Origin: an uncultured Planctomycetota bacterium
GTDB taxonomy: Bacteria; Planctomycetota; Planctomycetia; Isosphaerales; Isosphaeraceae
Reading direction: 5' to 3'
DNA: 64,000 nt
Assembly: GCA_963845755.1 (NCBI GenBank)
Contig: CAWJTV010000005.1
Coordinates: forward strand, 736,001-800,000
The notes under the pieces were generated by a model. The model was not told the origin of the DNA and ran no database searches. It was given only the letters and a program-made list of their open reading frames with translations. Positions 20,347 through 31,014 of this stretch are shown here, piece by piece. Within the stretch, counting starts at the first letter, position 1. Each line of letters begins with the position of its first letter. A program made the position numbers and the translations under genes.

Positions 20347-22089
20347 GGGTGGAAGACGCGGTTCGTTTTTCTGACGAGTTACGCGGCTTCCCCAGTCTTC
20401 CTGGCTTTGTAGCTGCGGAACGGGCTGCTGGGCCGCTCCTTGAGGTGGCGGTCCAGGCGGCCATCTTCGGAAAGGAAGGCCGCACGGAGTTGGAGGATCG
20501 CTTCGGCACCGGCCTCGCTCCAGAACTTCTCCGACCCCTTCACCCGGCGGTTGAATATCTTCACCGTCGAACTCCACGTGGCTGGTCGTCCACGGGAGGC
20601 CCTCGCGACGATAGGCGCGGATAGTCCATCCGCTCCCGGTTGTCTTCCAGGTAGCCCAGCACCCGCGCGACGATCCTCCGGGGGTCGTCGTCGGCTAGCC
20701 TTTCCAGCGGGCACCCGCACAAGGCGATCTGGGTATCACACCAGGTGCGAAGCTCCGCGATCACCCGATCGACCCGCCCGTTCCAGCAGGCCTCCGCCCA
20801 GGCCTGGAATGACTCCCAGCGGCCCTCGGTGTCGGCGACCATGACCCGGGCCGCCGTGAAGAGGTGGGCCAGGGCGTGGAGGAAGTCAACGATCGCCACG
20901 AAGGTCGGGAAAGAGCGGCGGTGCAGCCCCCAGATCCAGGCCGAGCCGTCCCCCAAGAACGCCCGGGCGGCGGCCGCGGCGAAGTTCCGCCGTCGGGCCT
21001 CGGCGGCGACCATCGGCCCGAAGCGATCGACCGGGGCGGTCGTGGCCACGTAGGTGCGCACCGATAGCTCCGGCGTACCGCGCGGCTCGGCGGCCTCGGC
21101 GACGGCCGGGATCGGCAGCACGGCGGGCTCCTGGATCTCGGGGGCCGGCGGGCCCATCGGTCCGGTCCCGCCGATGGCCCCGATGACCTTCTCGACGTAG
21201 GCCCGATCGCGGAAACAGGCGGGCAATTCCGGCTCGGGGTCGCACTCGGAGACGACAGGGGCCATCGTCGCCAGGATCGCGATCTTGTCCTCGTGCCAGG
21301 CGGCCTGGTGGGCTCCCGGCCCCTGGCCCGCGCCGCGGATCTGGAGCCGGCCGCCATCGACCTCGACGACCGCCAGGGCTGGCCGTGTCGCGACGCGCGG
21401 CTCGAGCGTGCCGGCCTGGAAGCGGTCCACCTGCTCATCCCGCTGGGACCGCAACTGCTCGCCGAGTTCGCGGGCGATGCGGTCGAGTTGCCGGCCGCTG
21501 ATGTCCACCTCGGCCAATTCGGCGACGGCCTCGGCTGCCTCGCGGAAGGAGGGCTCGCGGGTGGCGGAACGGACGATCTTGCGGACTACCGAGGGGCTGT
21601 AGTCATGGGACGTCAGCCGTACGCGCCGGGCGCTGAGGGAAAAAAATCCCGGCGGCAGGCCGGGCAGTGGCACTGGGGCTCGGCGTAGGTGACCGCGCCG
21701 CCCCAGAAGTCGATGGCCCGCGGCTCGCGCTGTACGGCGCAAGGCCGCTGACACGTCGGGCAGGGTTGCTCGGGCCCCAGCAGCGCGGCCTTCCGCTCCA
21801 GCAGATCGGCGATGGTGCCCCGAGCGACGGCGCGGGCGGCGGTGATGGCCATCTGCTCGATGTCGTCGGCGTCGAGATCCAACTCGGGCCCGACCTCATC
21901 GTGGACGCGCCGGGCCACGACTTTCCCCCACCCTTCGGCGAGCCGCTCGACGCCGTCTCGATCCATCGATGGTGACTTCTGGAAAGGCATCGGAGGTCCC
22001 TCCTTGGACTTCGGGTGATAGACAATCTGGGAAACTCACCTTGACAGCTTACCAGGGATCGAACGCCGCGCGAACCGCGTCTTCCACCC
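20347..22089 (-). mobile_element. Insertion sequence, ISKra4/ISLre2-like (mutator-type DDE), 1743 bp
   Basis: Perfect 19-bp terminal IRs GGGTGGAAGACGCGGTTCG (20347-20365) and its reverse complement (22071-22089); flanking direct repeat GACGCAGGG (20338-20346, 22090-22098). Confidence 0.93.
20379..21990 (-). CDS. Transposase of the IS above, split across frames
   Basis: N-terminal CPTC...CHCPAC zinc motif ending DFFP at a T7 run; then EVDGG, LGDGSAWIW, VDFLHA, MDYPRYRREGLP..SHVESTVK.FNRRVKG after correcting indels near 20610 and 20570. Confidence 0.85.
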
Positions 22090-22310
22090 GACGCAGGGAT
22101 CTTATGGAGGTTGACCTTGCCAGATTCCTGCGGTTCCGGTAAATCGACCGCGTATCCCTGATGCTTGAGTCAGGGGCATGTCTCCCCGCGTTTCAGCGGG
22201 TCAGTCAACATCGGAATGCTGAAAGCAGAAGAAAGAGAACCGACTACTCATCCTTCGGCCTTCAGCCTTCTCGAGACCTTCAGGCTTCCCGAAAACCAGA
22301 GGTCGTCCGA

Positions 22311-23630
22311 ATGCCGCACGATCGCCGGACCCGGCGGACCAGCCTGATCCTGATTGGCGTGGTCTGTTCGGCCGTTCCGATAGGTTGTCTCAGGTCGTCG
22401 AACCTCCGCCCGTCCCCGAGTCCACTACCGGACCTCACGCCGGCGGGCGAGTTGCAAGCCGACGGGCGTTCGAATAACCTCTCGACTCCCGGCCGGGAGA
22501 CGGGAATTGCGGTGCGCACGGATGAGCAGGCGACCTCCTTGCTTTCCGTGCAGCCGCCACCCCCAACCGTATCGACCGGGTTGAAGCCCTCGCGGAGGGA
22601 TCCCACAGCCCTTCAGACTGGTTCGCCGCCACTGGTCACGCCGACCGCCGCCGGTGCCGAGGCAGTGATCGAGCCGACCGCGCTTCCCACGAGTCCGATG
22701 CCACTACCGTCCGGCGATACTCCCCGACCTGCCACGCCTCCCGCATCGACACCCCTCCTTGACGCCGATATCCGCCGAGTCGAGGACGTGATTCGCCAGC
22801 ATTCCGAGTCTTTGCGTTTGGGCGACGCGACCGAGCCGCTCCCTGGGGCATTCATGGTCTTGCCGACCCCTTCGATCCCCGATTGGGAGGGATCGAAGCC
22901 TTCGGGGCCCATGACCGAACCTGCCAAGAATCCGGTCCTCGTCGCTCCACCCCAACAGCATCCCGAGGAACCTTCGCCTCTACCCATTTCGCTCTTGCAT
23001 GGGCAGGACGAATCGTCAATCATCACAACACGCGTCTCCGTGCCGATCCCTAGCAATGATCAAGTCACGAATCCAGCTAGGACAGCAGCCCCTGAGAGGT
23101 CCAGCAATGCGCGGCCCGAGCCTCCGCGCGACCCTGAGTCCGAATCGAAGCAGGACGTTGCCATCGAGCGAGCCGAGGACCCGGTTCAGCCCAATCCGGT
23201 TGACGTTGCCGGTCCTACTCAGGACCAACGGCCACCGATGCGTATCACCGAGTTGAAGCTTTGCAGGAAGGTGGAAAGATTCGGGTCGTTCGAACCTCTG
23301 GACTCAACCGCAATCAAACCCGGACGACCGATACTCGTCTATTGCGAGATGGCCGGTCTCGAGTACGAGGCTCGCGGCGATCAGTTCGTGTCGCGGCTCT
23401 CGTCACATCTCGAGCTACGATCCGACGGCGAAGGCCCGATCGTCTGGGAGCAGGCTCTACAGACGGCTGAGGATGTCTGCCGTCGCCCTCGTCATGACTA
23501 CTTCGTGTGGTACCGAATCAACCTGCCGATTCCACTCGAACCGGGCTCCTATCGCCTCCGTATGGTCGAGACCGACCTCATCGCCGAACGAACCACCTCG
23601 GCTGAGATTCCAATGACGATCACGCCGTGA
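22311..23630 (+). CDS. Hypothetical Pro-rich lipoprotein with folded C-terminal beta domain
   Basis: RRTRR plus hydrophobic stretch plus PIGC lipobox; long Pro/Thr low-complexity linker; C-terminal LCRKVERFG...GSYRLRMVETD. Confidence 0.75.
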   Translation: MPHDRRTRRTSLILIGVVCSAVPIGCLRSSNLRPSPSPLPDLTPAGELQADGRSNNLSTPGRETGIAVRTDEQATSLLSVQPPPPTVSTGLKPSRRDPTALQTGSPPLVTPTAAGAEAVIEPTALPTSPMPLPSGDTPRPATPPASTPLLDADIRRVEDVIRQHSESLRLGDATEPLPGAFMVLPTPSIPDWEGSKPSGPMTEPAKNPVLVAPPQQHPEEPSPLPISLLHGQDESSIITTRVSVPIPSNDQVTNPARTAAPERSSNARPEPPRDPESESKQDVAIERAEDPVQPNPVDVAGPTQDQRPPMRITELKLCRKVERFGSFEPLDSTAIKPGRPILVYCEMAGLEYEARGDQFVSRLSSHLELRSDGEGPIVWEQALQTAEDVCRRPRHDYFVWYRINLPIPLEPGSYRLRMVETDLIAERTTSAEIPMTITP

Positions 23631-23667
23631 CCATCATCGAGCCGTTTTCCGGAGGCCGATCGGCAAT

Positions 23668-26600
23668 TCACCGCGAGTTCTCGGGAAAATCCGCATGGAA
23701 GGTACGGGACTTCGCAGGGGAAGGCGCCGCAACGGTCACCTCGTTACCCGCCGATGGAAGCCCATTGGTCAAGCACGGTGCTTGAATCGGCTGCTTGTCG
23801 GAGCCGAACCACTGAATGACGTAATAGAACACCGGCGTGAGGAAGATGCCGAACGCGGTGACGCCAAGCATGCCCCCGAACACGGCCGTCCCCAACGACC
23901 GTCGCATTTCGGCGCCGGCTCCCTCGGCGACCACCAGCGGCAGGACGCCGAAGATGAAGGCGAAAGAAGTCATCAAGATCGGTCGCAATCTTAGCCGGCA
24001 AGCCTGAAGCGTGGCTTCGCGCCGCGAGACGCCCGCTTCCTGGCTCTGCTTGGCGAACTCGACGATCAAGATGGCATTCTTGCTCGCCAGCCCGACCAGC
24101 ACGACAAACCCAATTTGGGTGAAGAGACTCACGTCCATGCCGGCGAGATTCACGCCAACCAGCGAGCAGAGCAGGCACATCGGTACGACCAAGATCACCG
24201 CCAACGGCAGTTTCCAGCTCTCATACTGGGCCGCCAGCACCAAGAAGACGAACACCACCGCCAGTGCGAAGACTCCAGTGGCCGTATTCCCGGCCTGGAG
24301 CTGCATGAAGGCCAGCTCCGTCCAGTCGGAAGCCATCGACCGCGGTAGTTCCTGGTCGGCAATCTCTTGCATCAGCGCGATAGCTTGACCAGAGCTCGTC
24401 CCCGGAGCCGGATTGCCGGTGATCGCGGTGGACGAGTACATGTTGTACCGCATTACTGAGACCGGCCCGCTGGTGTTGCTCACGTCCAGCAACGTGGCCA
24501 GGCGGATCATCTGTCCCTTGTTGTTCCGCACCTGGAGCTGCCGGATGTCCTGGGCGTCTCCGCGGAACCGCTGGTCGGCCTGAACGTTCACCTGCCACGA
24601 CCGGCCGAAGTTGTTGAAGTTGTTGACGTAGTAGGAGCCCAGATAGACCTGCAACGTGTTGAATACCTCATTGACCGGAACGCCCAAGGCCATGCACTTG
24701 GTCCGATCGATATTGAGGTACAACCAAGGTGTATTCGCCCTCGAGCTATTGAACAGGCCCTGGAGACCGGGCGTCCGCTTGCCCCGCTCCACGATCTGAT
24801 CGCTAATACGCTGCAAAGTATCCACGCCGAGATTGCCGCGATCCTCGATGATCAGCTTGAATCCGCCCGTCGTGCCCAGGCCGTCGATTGGCGGTGCCCC
24901 GAACGTCGTGACGATCGCCCCGCGCACCTCGCGTTGACAGCGTTCTTGCAATGCCTCGGCGATCGAGTCGCTGTCTAATAATGGGACCTTCTTGATGCCG
25001 AACATCCTGCGTAGCCGGGCCTCGAGGTCGGGATTCTCGAGCCATCGCAAGAAGTGATTCGTCGGCGATATCGAGCGATGAGAGAATTCCTCGAGCATCA
25101 CGTATAGCGAGCCGAGATTGGGCACGTTGGCATTCAGCAGCAGCGACTGGCCCGAGACGCCGACTGTGTGTGCAACACCGGGCGTCTGCGCGCCAGGGCT
25201 TCGATGCGCGCCATGACGCGCTGGGTGCGTTCTGTGGAGGCCGAATCCGGCAATTGCACATTGAGCAGCAGATAACCCTTGTCTTGCTGAGGGACGAACC
25301 CCGTGGGCGTTCGGATGAATTCCCAGTAGGTCAGGAACAGCAACCCGCCGTAAAGCAGCAGTACGATCGCGCTGATCCGCAACACGCCGCCGACGATCCG
25401 GCCGTAAACCTCGGTCATCCGATCAAACAGCCGGTTAAAGCCCCGGAACAACCATCCAAGCACGGCGTTCACCGGCCGGATAATCGCCAGGCCGACCACC
25501 AGACCGATCACCAGTCCAGGGGCGAACGCGGCTGCGGAGTGGATCCAGGGCATCCACCCCGAGGCAGACTCCGGCTCGGATCCGCTCGATTCCGCGAGCA
25601 GTCCCAGATGAACGAATTGACCGACGATGTAGTCCTGGGCCAGCCAGACGGTCAGCATCCCACCCAACACGCCGAAGATCCACCAGGGCAGTGCCTCACG
25701 CTTCAATTCGTGGCCGTGCTTGCCTTCCTCCGTCTTGAAGATCATGACCGCACGCGACGGCGTCATCGTCAGGGCGTTGATGGCCGAGATGATCGTCGAG
25801 ACCGCGATCGTCACGGCGAACTGCCGGAAGAATTGTCCCGTGATGCCACCCAGGAAGCAGCACGGCACGAACACCGAACTGAGCACCAGCGTGATCGCCA
25901 GCACCGGGCCGGTGATCTCCTCCATCGCCTTGATCGTCGCCGTCCTCGAGTCCAGGCCGGTCGCAATCAGCCGCTCGATGTTCTCCAGCACGACGATCGC
26001 GTCATCCACGACGATGCCGATCGCAAGCACCAGGCCAAAAAGGGTCAGGTTATTCAGGCTGAAACCCATGGCGGCCATGATCGCGAATGTACCGATGAGG
26101 GAGACCGGCACGTCGATCATCGGCAGGATCATGGCCTTCCAATCCTGGAGGAACACCAGCACCACAATGCCGACGAGGATTACGGCGTCGCGGAGGGTCT
26201 TGAATACCTCGGCGACAGACTCGTGGATGAACGGTGTGGTGTCGTAAACGATCCGGTAGTCCAGGCCGTCGGGGAAACGGGTCTTCAACTCCCGCATCTT
26301 GTCGTAGACACCGCTGGCGGTTTCCAGTGCATTGGATCCCGGCAACTGGTAGATGGACACCGCCACCGACGGCTTGCCGTCGAGCGTGCAGGACTGGTCG
26401 TACTGACGCGATCCGAGCTCGACGCGCGCCACGTCCCGGAGCCGAACGATCCCCGTGGCCTGGGCCATCGGGCCGCCTTCACTGTTGGATCCCCCTTGAT
26501 CGGTGGGTCCACCCTGGAAGTTCGCCCCATCCTGACCGCCCGCCCCGCCCTGACCGCCCGCCCCCACTATGCCCGCCCGCCCTGCCCGCCCCCACTTGGG

Positions 26601-27388
26601 CTGGCCATGAAGTTATCCTGACCGGCCTTGATGATGATGTCGCCGAACTGCTCCGGCTCGACGAGTCGGCCCAGAGTGTTGATCGTGAGCTGGAATTGCT
26701 GGCCCATGGGGACGGGCTGCTGGCCGATCTGCCCTGCGGCCACCTGAAGGTTCTGCTGGCTGATGGCGTTGACGACATCCGTGGCGTTGAGGTTCAGTGC
26801 CGCCATCTTGGCGGGGTCGAGCCAAGCTCTCAGGCTGTAATCGCGTTGCCCGAGATACGTAATCCCCGCGACGCCGGGCAGCCGTCCCAGCTCATCCTTG
26901 ATGTAAATGGTCGCGTAGTTGCTGAGAAACGTGCTGTCATAGCGACCGTCCGGCGAGACCAGATTGACGATCATCATGGTGTTCGGGGACATCTTCTTGA
27001 CGCTGATGCCCTCGAACTGGACCAGTTGGGGGATGACCGGAAGTGCCAGAGAGACGCGGTTCTGGACGAGCACCTGAGCCATGTCGGTGTCCATGCCCAG
27101 CCGAAAGGTCACGGTCAGTATGTAGGTGCCGTCATTGGTGCATTGCGACGACATGTACATCATGTTCTCCACGCCGCTGACCTGCTCCTCGATCGGCGCC
27201 GCGACGGTGTTCCGCACCGTCATCGCGTTGGCCCCGGGATAGATGGCCGTGACCAGCACCGTGGGAGGCGTCACCTCGGGGTATTGCGCCACCGGCAGTG
27301 TGAACACCGCCACAGCGCCCGCCAGCACGATGACGAGTGAGAGCACGATGGCGAAGACCGGACGGTCGATGAAGAAGCGCGAAATCAC
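23668..27388 (-). CDS. RND efflux permease (HAE1-like), second copy; frameshifts near 26575 and 25188
   Basis: MISRFFIDRPVFA, GIVVDDAIVVLEN, GQFFRQFA, LASKNAILIVEFA, RLRPILMT across three ORF pieces that join with single-base corrections. Confidence 0.93.
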
Positions 27389-30300
27389 GGCTGATGATCT
27401 CCGGTCGATACGACGGCGTTCTGTCGGGGATGAGAATCTCGGTCAGGAGCCGCGGATCGTGGGCGGAGTCTCCGATGGATGTCCAGTATCGCGAGGGCGG
27501 CGAGGGCTCCCGTAGGACCTCCGACCCGTAGTCCCCAGGGCAATCCCACGATGTCGAGCCTCGCGAGCAAGAACGCGATCCCTAGCCCTGCCAGTCCACC
27601 AAGGAGGGTCGATCCGATCCATCGCGTGGCGTCCGACACGAAGGGCCGCGTTTCACCGAGCGTCTGAATCACGGAGAAGAAGACCGGTGTCAGGAAGATG
27701 CCGAATAGTGTCACGCCGACCATGCCGTAGAACACGGTGATCCCCAGCGACCGGCGCATCTCCGCCCCGGCCCCGGAGGCCACGGCCAACGGGATCACTC
27801 CGATGATGAACGCGATCGAGGTCATCAGGATCGGCCGCAGCCGCAGCTTGCAGGCCTCCAGGGTCGCCTCATACCGCGACAGACCCTCCTGATGCTTCTG
27901 CTTGGCGTACTCGACGATCAGGATGGCATTCTTGCACGCCAGCCCGACCAGGACCACCAGGCCGATCTGCACGAAGATGTTGACGTCCCGTCCCGTGCCC
28001 AGCACTCCGGCGAGCGAACAGAGCAGGCACATCGGCACGACCAGGATCACCGCCAGCGGCAACGCCCAGCTCTCGTACAAGGCCGCGAGGGCCAGGAACA
28101 CACTGACGACTGAAAGCGCAAAAATATACATCGGTGGAGACTTCTCCGCCGCCCGGATCTGAAGGAACATCACTTCGGTCCACTCGGCCTTCATGGACAG
28201 CGGAAGGGTCCCGGCGGTCCGGCGGTCGATGGCTTGGATGGTCTCTCCGGAGCTGATTCCCGGCGCGAGGCTCCCCGTGATTTGCGAGGCCGTGTAGAGA
28301 TTATAGCGGGTCACCGAGATCGGGCCGCCGACCTCGCGCACCTGGACCAGTGTGCCCAGCGGGACCATCTGTCCCCATTTGTTCCGGACCTGAAGTAAGT
28401 TGATGTCCTCGACTCGGTTGCGGTAAGCACCCTCGAGTTGGACTGTCACTTGCCAGTGCCGGCCGAACTGGTTGTAGCTGTTGACGTAGAGCGACCCCAG
28501 ATACATCGACAACGTTTGATTCACGTCGTCGAACGACAGGCCCAGCGACTGGGACTTGGTCCGGTCAATTTCCAGGTAGAGTTGTGGTGTATGGGATCGG
28601 AACTGGCTGGACGCCTTGGCCAGCCCACGCTCGTGCTTCATTGCATCCACAAGGGTGTCCGTCTCCCGCTGCAAGTCCTTCAGTCCGCGGCCGCCCCGAT
28701 CTTCCACGATTAACTTGTAACCGCCGGCGACGCCGAGTCCGGGGATCGCTGAAGAGTTTCGAACGAGCACCTCCGCATCCTTGACCCCTCGGGCATACGC
28801 TTTTCGCAGGCGGGCCATGATGTCGTCGGCATGCAGGCCGGGGGCCTGCCGCTCGTCGAACGGCTTAAGGACGATGAACATCGATCCAAAATTGGAGGCG
28901 TTAGCCTGCAACAAGAACGACATCCCCGAGAGGGCGACCGTATGTGCCACGCCCGGGTCCTCCCGGGTGATCTTCTCCACTTTCGCCATCGCTTGCTGAG
29001 TCCTCTGGAGCGAGGCGGAGTCGGGCAGTTGGACACTCAAGATCAGGCGTCCCTGGTCCTGCTCAGGGATGAAGCCCAAGGGGGCGCGGCGGAAGACGTC
29101 GTAGGTCAGCGCCACCAATCCGCCGTAGATCAGCAGCACGATGACGCTGATCCGAAGCGACTTGCCAACCGTCCAGCCGTACACATCCGTCATCCGGTCA
29201 AACAGCCGGTTGAAGTTGCGGAACAGCCAGCCGAGCACGGCGTTCACCGGCCGGATGATCAGCCTCCCAACGATCAGGCCGAGCGACAGACCGGGGGCGA
29301 AATAGATCGCGGTCGCGGTCCAGGACAGCTCACTCGCGAGCCCCTCTTCGCCGCCCCCGATCGATCCACCGTCGAGGCCGAACCAGCCGGCCAGATACGC
29401 CGGTCCGAACCGGACCGTCAACAGCCCGCCCAGGATGCCGAAGATCCACCACGGCAACGCCTCTCGCTTGAACTCGTGGCCGTGGATTCCTTCCTCCGTC
29501 TTGAAAACCAGCACCGCCCGTGACGGCGTCATCGTCAACGCATTGACCGCCGAGATGATCGTCGAGACCGCGATCGTCACCGCGAACTGGCGGAAGAATT
29601 GGCCGGTGATGCCTCCAAGGAAACAACATGGCACGAACACCGAACTCAGGGCCAGCGTGATGGCGATGATCGGCCCAGTAATCTCCTCCATGGCCTTGAT
29701 CGTCGCCGTCCGCGCGTCGTATCCCCTGGCGATCATCCGCTCCGTATTCTCCAGGACCACGATGGCATCGTCCACCACGATTCCGATGGCGAGCACCAAG
29801 CCGAAGAGCGTCAGGTTATTCAGGGTGAACCCCAGCGCGGCCATCGCCCCGAAAGTGCCGATCAAGGAAACGGGGATATCGATCATCGGCAATATCATGG
29901 TCCTCCAATCCTGGAGGAAGACCAACACCACGAGGCCGACGAGAAGTACGGCATCGCGGAGGGTCTTGAACACCTCGCGAATCGACTCTCGAATGAACGG
30001 TGTCGTGTCGTAGGCGATGCTATACTCCACCCCGTCGGGGAAGCGCTTCTTCAGCTCTTCCATCTTGGCACGAACGCGATCGGCGACATCGAGCGCATTG
30101 GTCCCCGGGAGCTGGTAGATGTTCAGCCCGACCGAGGGGCGGCCATCAAAAGTACACGACTGGTTGTAATTCTGGGCACCCAGCTCGACACGGGCCACAT
30201 CGCGGAGCCGGACGATGCCGGTCGCCGGCTCTTCAGTACTACTCCGGCCGACCTTGACCACGATGTTTTCAAATTCCTCGGGCTTGGTGAGTCGGCCTAG

Positions 30301-31014
30301 CGTATCGAGCGGCAACTGAAAATACTGTCCCCGGCCGGCCGGGAGTTGACCGAGTTGCCCCGCCGGAGCATCCACGTTCTCGCGGCGGATCGCGGCGGCC
30401 ACATCCATGGCGGTCATGTTCCGTGCCGCCAACTTCTGCGGATCGAGCCAGGTGCGGATGCTGTAATCGCGCTGGCCCATATAGTTAATGTCCGAGACGC
30501 CGTACACCCGCAGTAACTCGTCCTTCACATAGATCGTCGCGAAGTTGCTGAGATAGATGTCGTCGTAACGGCCGTCCGGGGAGTAGAAGCTGACGATCAT
30601 GAGATTGTCGGGCGTTCGTTTCCGGATCGTGATCCCCTGGTTTTGAACCTGGCTCGGCAACTGCGGCATGGCCAGCGCCACCCGGTTCTGCACCATGACG
30701 AGGGCCGAGTTGACGTCCGTTCCGATATCGAAGGTGACCGTAAGGGTATAGGTACCGTCGTTGCCCATCTGCGACGACATGTAGAGCATGCCGTCGATGC
30801 CATTGACTTGCTGTTCGATCGGGGCCGCCACCGTGTCCGCGACCACCGCTGCATTCGCCCCGGGGTAACTGATCGACACGGAAATGCCGGGTGGCGTGAT
30901 CCTGGGATACTGCGCCATCGGCAGATAATAGAGAGAGATCCCACCAATCAGGGTAATCACGACGGACAAGACCGTCGCAAAGATCGGCCGATCGATGAAA
31001 AACCGTGAGATCAT
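27385..31014 (-). CDS. RND efflux permease (HAE1-like), first copy
   Basis: Intact 1209 aa; MISRFFIDRPIFA, VVDDAIVVLEN, LACKNAILIVEY, RLRPILMT. Confidence 0.96.
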   Translation of the reverse strand: MISRFFIDRPIFATVLSVVITLIGGISLYYLPMAQYPRITPPGISVSISYPGANAAVVADTVAAPIEQQVNGIDGMLYMSSQMGNDGTYTLTVTFDIGTDVNSALVMVQNRVALAMPQLPSQVQNQGITIRKRTPDNLMIVSFYSPDGRYDDIYLSNFATIYVKDELLRVYGVSDINYMGQRDYSIRTWLDPQKLAARNMTAMDVAAAIRRENVDAPAGQLGQLPAGRGQYFQLPLDTLGRLTKPEEFENIVVKVGRSSTEEPATGIVRLRDVARVELGAQNYNQSCTFDGRPSVGLNIYQLPGTNALDVADRVRAKMEELKKRFPDGVEYSIAYDTTPFIRESIREVFKTLRDAVLLVGLVVLVFLQDWRTMILPMIDIPVSLIGTFGAMAALGFTLNNLTLFGLVLAIGIVVDDAIVVLENTERMIARGYDARTATIKAMEEITGPIIAITLALSSVFVPCCFLGGITGQFFRQFAVTIAVSTIISAVNALTMTPSRAVLVFKTEEGIHGHEFKREALPWWIFGILGGLLTVRFGPAYLAGWFGLDGGSIGGGEEGLASELSWTATAIYFAPGLSLGLIVGRLIIRPVNAVLGWLFRNFNRLFDRMTDVYGWTVGKSLRISVIVLLIYGGLVALTYDVFRRAPLGFIPEQDQGRLILSVQLPDSASLQRTQQAMAKVEKITREDPGVAHTVALSGMSFLLQANASNFGSMFIVLKPFDERQAPGLHADDIMARLRKAYARGVKDAEVLVRNSSAIPGLGVAGGYKLIVEDRGGRGLKDLQRETDTLVDAMKHERGLAKASSQFRSHTPQLYLEIDRTKSQSLGLSFDDVNQTLSMYLGSLYVNSYNQFGRHWQVTVQLEGAYRNRVEDINLLQVRNKWGQMVPLGTLVQVREVGGPISVTRYNLYTASQITGSLAPGISSGETIQAIDRRTAGTLPLSMKAEWTEVMFLQIRAAEKSPPMYIFALSVVSVFLALAALYESWALPLAVILVVPMCLLCSLAGVLGTGRDVNIFVQIGLVVLVGLACKNAILIVEYAKQKHQEGLSRYEATLEACKLRLRPILMTSIAFIIGVIPLAVASGAGAEMRRSLGITVFYGMVGVTLFGIFLTPVFFSVIQTLGETRPFVSDATRWIGSTLLGGLAGLGIAFLLARLDIVGLPWGLRVGGPTGALAALAILDIHRRLRPRSAAPDRDSHPRQNAVVSTGDHQP

